A stretch of 52,133 nucleotides of DNA. It comes from a virus (Duplodnaviria; Caudoviricetes). Shown here piece by piece: positions 1 through 8,168 of this stretch (positions are counted from its first letter, which is position 1; each line of letters begins with the position of its first letter). The position numbers and the translations under genes are program-made. The notes under the pieces were generated by a model that made no database searches, had not been told where the DNA came from, and was given only the letters and a program-made list of their open reading frames with translations. The stretch is taken from the IMG/VR virus record IMGVR_UViG_3300004770_000001, positions 1-52,133 of that record. One strand, given 5' to 3'.

Positions 1-70
1 TGGTAAAGCTACGCAGGTGCATCACAAAAAAGGCCGGGGCGAATATCTCAACCGAACTGAAACATGGCTG
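1..70. repeat. 70-bp direct repeat identical to 52064-52133 (circular assembly overlap)
   Basis: tggtaaagct...aacatggctg occurs at both ends, and an ORF reads in frame across the junction. Confidence 0.95.
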
Positions 71-165
71 GCAGTATGCTTTAACTGTCACCGAATGATT
101 GAAGAAAACCCTGAATGGGCAAAGCAAAAAGGTTTTTCATTAAGCAGATTAGAAACAAAAACTAT

Positions 166-1866
166 ATGAATCCACAATTCCTAATAATAGATCTTTTTTG
201 CGGCGCCGGGGGCACTACTACCGGTTTTGCGATGGCGGAACATAATGGCCAAAAAATTGCAAAGGTTATTGCTTGCGTAAACCATGATTGGAAAGCAATT
301 AAAAGCCACTGGCAGAATCACCCGGAAGTCGAGCATTATACCGAAGATATTCGGACGCTTGATTTAAAGCCGTTGGTTCAATTATTATCACAAAATAGGG
401 CAATATACCCTGACGCAAAAGTTATTTTATGGGCCAGTCTTGAATGTACAAATTTCAGCAAAGCTAAGGGAGGCCAGCCGAGGGATGCCGATAGCCGCAC
501 TTTAGCTGAACATTTGGATAGGTATATATTGGCTCTTAACCCTGATTATGTGCAAATCGAAAACGTAGTTGAATTTATGAGTTGGGGGCCTTTAAATGAG
601 CATGGTAAACCAGTAAGTAAAAAAGCAGGCAGGGATTGGATGCGCTGGCGTAACCATATTGATAGCCTCGGGTACCGCAATGAATGGCGCGAACTTAACA
701 GCGCAGATTTTGGGGCATACACCAGCCGTAACCGTTTGTTTGGTTGCTTTGCTAAACCAGGCTTACCGATAGTTTGGCCCGAAAGCACACATGCTAAAAA
801 TCCAGGTAAACATGGCATGTTCGGAAATGTAAGCAAGTGGAAATCCGTTAAAGATGTGCTTGATTTTGACGACGAGGGCGAAAGTATTTTTACACGTAAA
901 AAGGAGCTTTCACCAAAAACTTTAGAGCGAATTTATGCAGGTTTAATTAAATACGTTGCGGGTGGAAAAGATAAACACGAGGCCTTTTTAATTCAATACA
1001 ATAGCGGCAAAGATCGGGTTACTTCGGTTGAAAATCCTTGCAACACTATACCAACAGAAAACAGATTTGCGTTGGCTCAAATGGCTTTTATCGCTAAAAC
1101 TTTTAGCGGTCGTCCTGAAGGTAAAGTTATACCCGTTACCGGCCCGGCTGGCACCATTACAACAACGGCCGGTCAGAGTGTAGTAAGATGCTTTTTGCAT
1201 AGCTATTACGGTAATGGCGATAACAACAGATCTATTGAAGAACCTTGCGCTACCCTTACAACAAAAGACAGATTGGTTAAGGTTCAAGCGCAATGGCTTG
1301 ATAGAAACTTTTCAGGAGGTGGTCAGCATTCATCAGTCGAAGAACCTGCCGGAAGTGTTTTATCTGTTCCTAAATTAAACCTGGTCCAAGCCGAGCCGTT
1401 TATAATGAATACCAACTATAACAACATTGGCAGCTCAATTAATCAGCCATCGCCTCCGTTATTAGCCAGTCGTCGTCATAGCTACATCGTTAATCCATCG
1501 CACGGCGGTCACAGCACCAGCACCGAAGCACCATGCCCCGTGATCATTGCAAGGCAAGACAAAGCACCGTTATATCTTTTACAAGTAGAACAAGCTGACG
1601 TTGTCATCCCAGTTTACGAAGAAGATCCGCAGGTCATGGTTGACATTAAAAAATTCATGTGCCTTTACGGAATATCCGATATTAAAATGCGGATGCTAAA
1701 AGTTCCAGAGCTGCTGAATATTCAGGGTTTCCCTTCAAACTACAATTTATACGGCAACCAGTCTGATCAAAAGAAATTTATCGGCAATAGTGTTGTTCCG
1801 CACGTTGTAAAATGCTGGTGCGAGGCCATGACAAAACGTTTAAGAGAAGAAAGGATAGCGGCATGA
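166..1866 (+). CDS. C5-cytosine DNA methyltransferase
   Basis: Motif I IDLFCGAGG, catalytic LEC, IENV, RNRLF, C-terminal IGNSV; repeated SVEEPxxT units in the variable region. Start moved to ATG 166 (ATGA overlap with the upstream gene). Confidence 0.9.
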   Translation: MNPQFLIIDLFCGAGGTTTGFAMAEHNGQKIAKVIACVNHDWKAIKSHWQNHPEVEHYTEDIRTLDLKPLVQLLSQNRAIYPDAKVILWASLECTNFSKAKGGQPRDADSRTLAEHLDRYILALNPDYVQIENVVEFMSWGPLNEHGKPVSKKAGRDWMRWRNHIDSLGYRNEWRELNSADFGAYTSRNRLFGCFAKPGLPIVWPESTHAKNPGKHGMFGNVSKWKSVKDVLDFDDEGESIFTRKKELSPKTLERIYAGLIKYVAGGKDKHEAFLIQYNSGKDRVTSVENPCNTIPTENRFALAQMAFIAKTFSGRPEGKVIPVTGPAGTITTTAGQSVVRCFLHSYYGNGDNNRSIEEPCATLTTKDRLVKVQAQWLDRNFSGGGQHSSVEEPAGSVLSVPKLNLVQAEPFIMNTNYNNIGSSINQPSPPLLASRRHSYIVNPSHGGHSTSTEAPCPVIIARQDKAPLYLLQVEQADVVIPVYEEDPQVMVDIKKFMCLYGISDIKMRMLKVPELLNIQGFPSNYNLYGNQSDQKKFIGNSVVPHVVKCWCEAMTKRLREERIAA

Positions 1867-1893
1867 CCCACTATCTACGCTACTTCGGGATTG

Positions 1894-2061
1894 TTACGCT
1901 GGTGGGGTTGTTTTTGCGATGATTATGTTCAATCGCTTTGCGTCCTTTTTTATCCAATGCTCGATTTGTGCGCCTTGTGATCGGCTTTCCCTTTTTGCGA
2001 TTTCTTCGAGTACGGGTTTTAAGTTTTCGTCAATCTTAACTGTGACCATTTTTTTTGCCAT
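1894..2061 (-). CDS. Ribbon-helix-helix (Arc-like) DNA-binding protein, 55 aa
   Basis: Manual translation MAKKMVTVKIDENLKPVLEEIAKRESRSQGAQIEHWI; TATATTTG promoter element just upstream on the minus strand (start may be ATG 2049). Confidence 0.7.
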   Translation of the reverse strand: MAKKMVTVKIDENLKPVLEEIAKRESRSQGAQIEHWIKKDAKRLNIIIAKTTPPA

Positions 2062-2073
2062 GCACAAATATAG

Positions 2074-2148
2074 GTATTTACAAAGTAAACTTACAAGCGT
2101 GACGAAAATAGTTTAAAAATATTACTAAAAAAGTATTGACAAAGTAAA
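2074..2148. promoter_or_regulatory. Pair of putative operators GTATT(T/G)ACAAAGTAAA between divergent genes
   Basis: 16-bp repeat at 2074-2089 and 2133-2148 with a palindromic TTTAC-N3-GTAAA core. Confidence 0.55.
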
Positions 2149-2194
2149 TATTAAACTGTACTTTTATCAAAGCAAAACAAACACCCAATAAAAA

Positions 2195-2365
2195 ATGGAA
2201 ACTCTTGAAAAGATAAAAATGGATGGCGCAGGTTTTATAGACAAACTTCGCAGAGGTGAAACACTAACCGAAGATGAAAGGTATGTTGTCAAAATCTACA
2301 ATTCACTTTATGCTGGGAAAGCTGGCAACGCAGGTAAAAGAAAAGTTATAAAAACGGGGAGATAG
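2195..2365 (+). CDS. Small hypothetical protein, 56 aa
   Basis: Manual ORF METLEKIKMDGAGFIDKLRRGE... with A-rich leader. Confidence 0.55.
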   Translation: METLEKIKMDGAGFIDKLRRGETLTEDERYVVKIYNSLYAGKAGNAGKRKVIKTGR

Positions 2366-2404
2366 CCTGCACAGCAATTAAGAAAGCAACTAATATTTAA
2401 AGAG

Positions 2405-3151
2405 ATGAAGCGAGTAATAAACTTTAGCGGTGGTAAAACATCGGCATTGATGACTATTATGTTAAAGCCAACGGATGATGATATTGTGTTATTTACTGAT
2501 ACGGGAAGGGAGCATCCGCTTACTTATAAGTTTATTGAAGATTTTGAAAAGTATGAGGGGATAAAAGTTAATCGGTTTTCTTATACACATCATAAATCGC
2601 CGGGATTAACTGGATTTGATGCTCTTAATAATCATAAAACTACACTGCCTAACCGAATGAAAAGACTTTGTACTACTCATTTAAAAGTAGACGCAGGAAA
2701 GAAATTTTTAAGGCCATTAATTGGGATGACTTATGAGCAATACATCGGTTTTAGATTTGACGAGCCTAATTGGGTAAAAAACTTTAAGCCAAACTATAAA
2801 AAATCAACAGCTAAATTCCCCTTGTATGAAATGGGCATAACCAAAGAAATGGTAAATCAATACTGGTTAACAAAGCCATATACTTTAGAAATACCGTCAA
2901 TACTGGGGAATTGTGATCTATGTTTTTTAAAAGGCAAAAATGTAATTATTCGCATCCTGCAACATTACCCGGAATTGGCCGACAAGTGGATTGCAGACGA
3001 AGAACAAATGCTTGCTAAGACTGGCAAAAAAAACATTACTTATTTTCCTGATATTACTTATAGACAGTTGCTTAATATAGCTAAATCACAAAAATCATTA
3101 TTTGACCTTGAAGAAGCATTACCTGCTTACTCATGCTCATGTACTACTTAA
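2405..3151 (+). CDS. Phosphoadenosine phosphosulfate (PAPS) reductase family protein
   Basis: PP-loop SGGKTS, FTDTGREH, RLCT..LK, GNCDLCF, C-terminal CSC. Confidence 0.85.
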   Translation: MKRVINFSGGKTSALMTIMLKPTDDDIVLFTDTGREHPLTYKFIEDFEKYEGIKVNRFSYTHHKSPGLTGFDALNNHKTTLPNRMKRLCTTHLKVDAGKKFLRPLIGMTYEQYIGFRFDEPNWVKNFKPNYKKSTAKFPLYEMGITKEMVNQYWLTKPYTLEIPSILGNCDLCFLKGKNVIIRILQHYPELADKWIADEEQMLAKTGKKNITYFPDITYRQLLNIAKSQKSLFDLEEALPAYSCSCTT

Positions 3152-3204
3152 ATAAACTAATCAGCAATAAGGATACCAACAAGGGGACATAAAACTTTAA
3201 TAAG

Positions 3205-3384
3205 ATGAGTAAAATTGATTTTTTAATCGTAGTCGGCTATTGCATTTTTTGTTGTGTAATTATGACGTTGGAAGCATCACATGTTTTTGATTGGAAGGCT
3301 GCTTTGCTTTTTGTTGTTATTGGCCTTGCTCTATGTTTAGTATTATTTGACCATCAACCAAAAGACCCCAGCCATGAAAAGTAA
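3205..3384 (+). CDS. Small membrane protein (2 hydrophobic segments)
   Basis: Manual ORF MSKIDFLIVVGYCIFCCVIM...AALLFVVIGLALCLVLF. Confidence 0.5.
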   Translation: MSKIDFLIVVGYCIFCCVIMTLEASHVFDWKAALLFVVIGLALCLVLFDHQPKDPSHEK

Positions 3385-3649
3385 AGAGAGAATAATTAGC
3401 GATTGCATAAAAGGGTTTTATCCGGTACTTGACGAAAATGGACAGAATATCCCTGCATATTCACATGATGACGTTCTCGACGCAATGGAATCCTACGCCA
3501 CCCAACAAACAGCCGAACTTCAACAAGAGGTGGAGAGGTTGAAACTGGCAATAATAGAAATCGGGAATCATTTATGCGAAGGTAATTACATCGCTGCCCA
3601 CAGATATTTACAATCCATTAACCCCCAACAAGATGAAAACGGAAGATAG
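3374..3649 (+). CDS. Hypothetical phage protein
   Basis: ORF with ATG 3374 in a tightly packed operon. Confidence 0.6.
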   Translation: MKSKERIISDCIKGFYPVLDENGQNIPAYSHDDVLDAMESYATQQTAELQQEVERLKLAIIEIGNHLCEGNYIAAHRYLQSINPQQDENGR

Positions 3650-3929
3650 TAACAAGCTGATAGCAGAGTTCATGGGACTTCACTTTGATATTGAAGTTAA
3701 TCAAATTCCTGCATTTGATAAGGACTGGAATAAATTAATACCAGTAGTTGAAACGATTGAGAAAAAAGTAATTCGATTTGAGATAGGTAGAGAATCGGCT
3801 TTAATAACACTACGAGCTTTGAATTTCCCTGAAATATATGTAGAGTCATGGGCTGAAGCAAATTCCAAACTTGATGCTACCTATCAAGCCGTAGTTCAAT
3901 TCATTCAATGGTACAATCAAAATCATTAA
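3633..3929 (+). CDS. Conserved phage protein (ABA-sandwich-like)
   Basis: NKLIAEFMG...DWNKLIPVVETIE...YQAVVQFIQWYN pattern typical of Bacteroidota phage nin-region proteins. Confidence 0.6.
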   Translation: MKTEDSNKLIAEFMGLHFDIEVNQIPAFDKDWNKLIPVVETIEKKVIRFEIGRESALITLRALNFPEIYVESWAEANSKLDATYQAVVQFIQWYNQNH

Positions 3930-3948
3930 CACATAAAATGAAAGAGAA

Positions 3949-4242
3949 ATGAAAACAGGAATAGAGCTTATTGCTGAAGAACGAGCAGAGCATCCCAAAA
4001 AACATGGATGGGATAATAGTCACGATCAGGAACACGTCAACGGTGAACTTGCAAAAGTAGCCGCAACGCTTGCCGTAATGGGAACGGATGCGGTCGTTGT
4101 TGACCCTTATGATGGTTACGGAACAGGTAAAGACCCCTGGGGACTGGAATCAAAATTAGAGCATGACGATATACATCGGCTTAAGGTAGCAGGGGCGTTA
4201 ATAGCTGCTGAAATTGACAGGCTTTTAAATATTGTACCATGA
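3949..4242 (+). CDS. Conserved phage protein of unknown function
   Basis: IAEER...GW..HD.EH.NGELA...LKVAGALIAAEIDRL pattern. Confidence 0.7.
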   Translation: MKTGIELIAEERAEHPKKHGWDNSHDQEHVNGELAKVAATLAVMGTDAVVVDPYDGYGTGKDPWGLESKLEHDDIHRLKVAGALIAAEIDRLLNIVP

Positions 4243-4613
4243 CATTAGCAGAAACCTACACAGCAAACAACCTGGACGGGCAGACATGGCTCGTGTGCCC
4301 CGGACACCCCGACATTCTCCTCACCGACCACCTGCCTGACGGAACAAAGGTTAGGGGGGATGAGATAGAGGTTAACGAATATATTTGCTACGAAAAGAAT
4401 GGCATTTTAGAGCAAGTCGCCACATTAAATAAAATGAGATTTGAGGCGGTAGGTATTGACGATGAACTTTTAAGTATTTGCGATTGGCTTTTAGAAAAAT
4501 ACAATGATGATTTCATGTCAGAAAAAGGTAAGTTTTATCATATATCTCGGTTAAGCATAGCTGGAATAATTATCGAATATCACAAAATTAGGGAGAAAAG
4601 TAGGGAGAAATAG
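4239..4613 (+). CDS. Hypothetical protein
   Basis: ORF with ATGA overlap. Confidence 0.55.
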   Translation: MTLAETYTANNLDGQTWLVCPGHPDILLTDHLPDGTKVRGDEIEVNEYICYEKNGILEQVATLNKMRFEAVGIDDELLSICDWLLEKYNDDFMSEKGKFYHISRLSIAGIIIEYHKIREKSREK

Positions 4614-4677
4614 CAGAAAATTAAGGAGAAAAAGTAAAGCTATTAACTGATTTATATCAAACAAAAGTAAAGGTAAC

Positions 4678-5019
4678 ATGACAAAAGAAATAGAACTTGC
4701 TGCTGAGGATGCAGCGAACCAAAAGTACCCCTATTGTAAAACAGCAACCAACCCTTGTTATTCAGGTATGCACGATGCCTACAAAGAAGGCTTTTTGGAT
4801 TGCGCACAATGGATGGCAACCCGTGATCGGTGGGTAAGTGTGGAAACTGCAAAACCAACGGATAATCATAGGTATCTAATAATAGATGACGATGGGGATG
4901 TTTCAATAGATTTTTACAATTTAGATGAAAATAGGTTTTTTTGCGAAGAAGCGGATGATATGTTTGTTACGCATTTTAAAGAACTCCCCTCACCACCACA
5001 ATCAAAGAACAATGGCTGA
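4678..5019 (+). CDS. DUF551-like phage protein
   Basis: WVSVETAKP...VTHFKELPSPP signature. Confidence 0.7.
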   Translation: MTKEIELAAEDAANQKYPYCKTATNPCYSGMHDAYKEGFLDCAQWMATRDRWVSVETAKPTDNHRYLIIDDDGDVSIDFYNLDENRFFCEEADDMFVTHFKELPSPPQSKNNG

Positions 5020-5224
5020 TATAACAATGTGCAACAATGAAAAATGCCCATTAAGAATGGAGTGTTTTCGATACAGGGCAATTCCTAATCCATATAGGCA
5101 ATCATACTTTGCTGATATTGTCTTAAAAGATGACGGCACTTGCGATAATCAAATGCCAATAGTTGATGGCAAATATTTAAACGGATATAATTGTTCGGCC
5201 TCAATAACTTATAACACGAAATGA
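5012..5224 (+). CDS. Small Cys-rich phage protein
   Basis: MADITMCNNEKCPLRMECFRY...QSYF...C; start at ATG 5012. Confidence 0.65.
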   Translation: MADITMCNNEKCPLRMECFRYRAIPNPYRQSYFADIVLKDDGTCDNQMPIVDGKYLNGYNCSASITYNTK

Positions 5225-5286
5225 AAACAGTTTTATCCATCCTCCTTGCCTTTATAGTATCGGCATCGGTAGCACAAGTAATATGA
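5221..5286 (+). pseudogene. Orphan signal-peptide mini-ORF (21 aa), probable remnant 5' end of a secreted-protein gene
   Basis: MKTVLSILLAFIVSASVAQVI*, resembling the N-terminus of 5852-6385. Confidence 0.5.
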
Positions 5287-5855
5287 ATCTGTACGGTCAA
5301 ATTAATCCAGTGTTTAAGCAAAACGTTTCTGATGAAGTTAAACGCGTTGTTTTATTTAATCCGACCGAATTGTATAAATCTATTAGCATAGACAACAGGA
5401 ATCGTTACCAAAAAATTAGCATGGATTCATGGCCAGTAATTGAGAAGTATTGTAATTGCGGATGCGGTGCTAAATTGACGGGACGGCAAAAAAGATGGAG
5501 CAATCCAGATCACGTATTAATACCACTTAACATTATTGAAATCATAAGAGGCGACAGCGATGTAATTAGGCGAATGATGCTTTCTTATTTAGATGAAAAT
5601 TGCGCTATATGTGGCAAGTCAGGGTATCTGCAAGAGAAAATAACAGAAGTAAAATTACCAAACGGTCGCACTTATCATAAAATTTGGTCCCAAAACGGGA
5701 TACATGTTGACCACATATTGCCTGTAGATAAAGGTGGTGGAGGTTGCTGGCTGGGTAACTATCAATTTTTATGTCATGTATGTAACCTGCAAAAAGGCAA
5801 AAAAATAAACTACGAAAAACCAAAAACATTACCATTTTCAACATTATTTGAATGA
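5283..5855 (+). CDS. HNH endonuclease
   Basis: CAICG...HVDHILPVDKGGG...NYQFLCHVCNLQK. Confidence 0.85.
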   Translation: MNLYGQINPVFKQNVSDEVKRVVLFNPTELYKSISIDNRNRYQKISMDSWPVIEKYCNCGCGAKLTGRQKRWSNPDHVLIPLNIIEIIRGDSDVIRRMMLSYLDENCAICGKSGYLQEKITEVKLPNGRTYHKIWSQNGIHVDHILPVDKGGGGCWLGNYQFLCHVCNLQKGKKINYEKPKTLPFSTLFE

Positions 5856-6385
5856 AAACCAAACTAACCCTTATTCTCACCTTAGTAGCTTCGGTGAGTT
5901 TATCACAAGTACACAAGCACGTAGATAGCGTGGCGAAAAATGGAACTCAATTGTCACCACCATTACGCATGTCAGGCAAAACCACACCTCTATTAATGTT
6001 TGATACTACTAAGGTTTTAATAATTGATACTAATCAAAAAGGCAACTTACTTTTGTATCACTCATCCGGAACAAACGTATTATTCAATCCTAAGCGCGAT
6101 ACAGTTCCGGTATTCGTTTTAAAGGTGGCGCATGTAGATACAATTCATAATACAATGGGAAGCCTGCAAATATTAGGATACGATAAAATATCAACGCTTG
6201 AATTTTATTCACATGCCAATGTGATTTGGATAAAAGCCTTTGCAATCAGAGAAGAACAACTCGCTACTCCCGATAGGTGGATAATTGGCGAAAAAATACC
6301 GATGGAGTTTCAAACAATCGGATACCTATACGCCGACAAAAAAACCCCCATTACAGAAAATGTTTACATGAGTTTGGGACGATAG
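5852..6385 (+). CDS. Secreted hypothetical protein (SPI signal peptide, Gln at +1)
   Basis: MKTKLTLILTLVASVSLS/Q; several D-(S/T)-hydrophobic motifs. Confidence 0.6.
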   Translation: MKTKLTLILTLVASVSLSQVHKHVDSVAKNGTQLSPPLRMSGKTTPLLMFDTTKVLIIDTNQKGNLLLYHSSGTNVLFNPKRDTVPVFVLKVAHVDTIHNTMGSLQILGYDKISTLEFYSHANVIWIKAFAIREEQLATPDRWIIGEKIPMEFQTIGYLYADKKTPITENVYMSLGR

Positions 6386-6577
6386 CACTTTTACGTTTAA
6401 AGAGAAATGACCATTCCGTCGAAATCACCAAAATGGTAAACCGGATCTAAAGATAAAAAGGGCACAATCATCAACCAGGTAAATGCAAGTTTAGATTTAG
6501 TGCAACGATAGGACCGGAAGATGTGCCGCCGGTCTTTCGTTTTGAAATATCAAAAGTTTTTTGTAAATTGTAAGAGA

Positions 6578-7090
6578 ATGAAGCCTTCGGAAGGCAAAAA
6601 AATAATAAAGGATTGCTTAGATCGGGGATGGGTGAAAGTAGGTGATAAACTGATTACTCCAGCCCAGGCGAAACAGATGCCGGCAGTCAAACGAAAAAGG
6701 GCAAAGAAAGCTATTAAAACCGGATGGATAGACGACGACAGAAACATCAGAAACAAAGCAAAGCATACTGATCAGTTTGTCCGGCTAATAGAGATAGAGT
6801 TTGGATTAACTGTTTTTCCAGAGTTCTATTTTGACGTAGAAAGAAAATGGCGTATTGATTACGCAATTCCACTAAAAAAAGACGGATCTAAATTAAAATT
6901 AGCCATCGAGGTTGAGGGTGGTGCTTTTACCGGAGGCCGACATACCAGGCCGATGGGTTTTATTAATGACATGGAAAAATACAATAAAATGTCAGAAAAT
7001 GGATGGATTTTAATTAGGATAATTCCAGCTAATTTGCTATCTTTAAGTACGTTACAAAAAATAAAAGCAATTATTTTTAATGGAAAATGA
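6578..7090 (+). CDS. PD-(D/E)xK endonuclease (DUF559/Vsr-like, possible resolvase)
   Basis: EFYF..RKWRIDYA...LAIEVEGG....GRH.R..GF..DMEKYN. Confidence 0.8.
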   Translation: MKPSEGKKIIKDCLDRGWVKVGDKLITPAQAKQMPAVKRKRAKKAIKTGWIDDDRNIRNKAKHTDQFVRLIEIEFGLTVFPEFYFDVERKWRIDYAIPLKKDGSKLKLAIEVEGGAFTGGRHTRPMGFINDMEKYNKMSENGWILIRIIPANLLSLSTLQKIKAIIFNGK

Positions 7091-7625
7091 AATTTGGAAA
7101 GATGTTCCCGGTTATGAGGGGCTTTATAAAATAAGTTCAACTGGAAAGGTAAAATCTTTATTTAGGGTAGTTAGATTCAAAAATCACACACGAGATATTA
7201 AAGAAAAAATACTTAAAGTAACTCTTACTCCAGATGGTTATTATCGTGTAGAATTAAATAAGGATTGTAAGGGTAAAAAATACCCTATTCATAGATTAGT
7301 CGCTTTGGCTTTTATTTCAAACAATGAAAATAAACCGGCTGTTAACCACATTGATGGAGATAAAACAAATAACAATATATCTAATCTTGAATGGGTTACA
7401 AGCAAGGAAAATACTGTTCATGGATTTAAAACTGGCTTAATTAAGGTAGTATTTGGCGAGGGTCATGTTCGCGCAAAATTATTAAAGTCCCAAGTAACCG
7501 AAATAAGGCAAAAATTTAAATCAGGTCAATTTAAAAATCAAACAAAAGTTGCTGAAATGTATAATGTTTCCAGAACCACAATTTGGAGTATTGTAAGAGG
7601 TAAAAATTGGAAACAAGCAATTTAA
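7080..7625 (+). CDS. NUMOD4-HNH homing endonuclease
   Basis: EIWKDVPGYEGLYKISSTG (NUMOD4); HRLVA, VNHIDGDKTNN..SNLEW; C-terminal HTH. Confidence 0.9.
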   Translation: MENEIWKDVPGYEGLYKISSTGKVKSLFRVVRFKNHTRDIKEKILKVTLTPDGYYRVELNKDCKGKKYPIHRLVALAFISNNENKPAVNHIDGDKTNNNISNLEWVTSKENTVHGFKTGLIKVVFGEGHVRAKLLKSQVTEIRQKFKSGQFKNQTKVAEMYNVSRTTIWSIVRGKNWKQAI

Positions 7626-7734
7626 ATTGTTTAATCCAGGTAGAGCCAAAAGAGTTAATTACTCAAAAAACAATAGACTTAATTAAAAAAGCTATTAATA
7701 ATTTTTCACCTAAATGAAAGGATTGAAAAATATT

Positions 7735-7742
7735 TATATTTG
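7735..7742 (+). promoter_or_regulatory. Bacteroidota -7 promoter element upstream of terS
   Basis: TATATTTG matches TAnnTTTG and lies 6 nt before ATG 7749. Confidence 0.55.
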
Positions 7743-7748
7743 TGTATT

Positions 7749-8168
7749 ATGGGACCAGGCAGACCGAAAGCTATCAAATCACCAGAGGAATTATGGGATT
7801 TATTTACCGCATACGTTAAAGATGTAAAATCTGATCCTATACTTGTACATGATTTTGTAGGTAAGGATGCTTTTGAAATAGAACGTAAAAAAGAACGACC
7901 ATTAACAATGGAAGGCTTTGAAGATTACGTTGCGACAAATGGTGGCCCGCTCGAATTGAAGCAATATTTTGCAAATATTGAAGATCGCTACGAAGAATTT
8001 ATTCCTATCTGCCGCGTGATAAGGAACAAAATCCGCAGAGATCAGATTGAAGGCGGCATGGCTGGCATCTATAATCCTTCAATTACTCAGCGTTTAAATA
8101 ACCTTGTCGACAAGTCAGAAACCACAATAAGGGAACAGCCATTATTCGATGACACAAAGGAAAGTTAA
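7749..8168 (+). CDS. terS: Terminase small subunit (P22 gp3-like DNA-packaging protein)
   Basis: GRPK.IKSPEELW..F..Y, RPLT..GF, GIYNPSI..RLN; directly upstream of TerL. Confidence 0.85.
   Translation: MGPGRPKAIKSPEELWDLFTAYVKDVKSDPILVHDFVGKDAFEIERKKERPLTMEGFEDYVATNGGPLELKQYFANIEDRYEEFIPICRVIRNKIRRDQIEGGMAGIYNPSITQRLNNLVDKSETTIREQPLFDDTKES

Noticed and set aside
1-70. Biological terminal direct repeat
   Set aside because: It falls mid-gene and is best explained as assembler overlap of a circular contig
1919-2116. Plus-strand 65-aa ORF
   Set aside because: It is the antisense shadow of the minus-strand RHH gene
6405-6520. c-di-GMP-I riboswitch-like words (GAAA loop, CCGGATCTAA)
   Set aside because: The GGCAAA/GACGCAAA core and P1 pairing are absent
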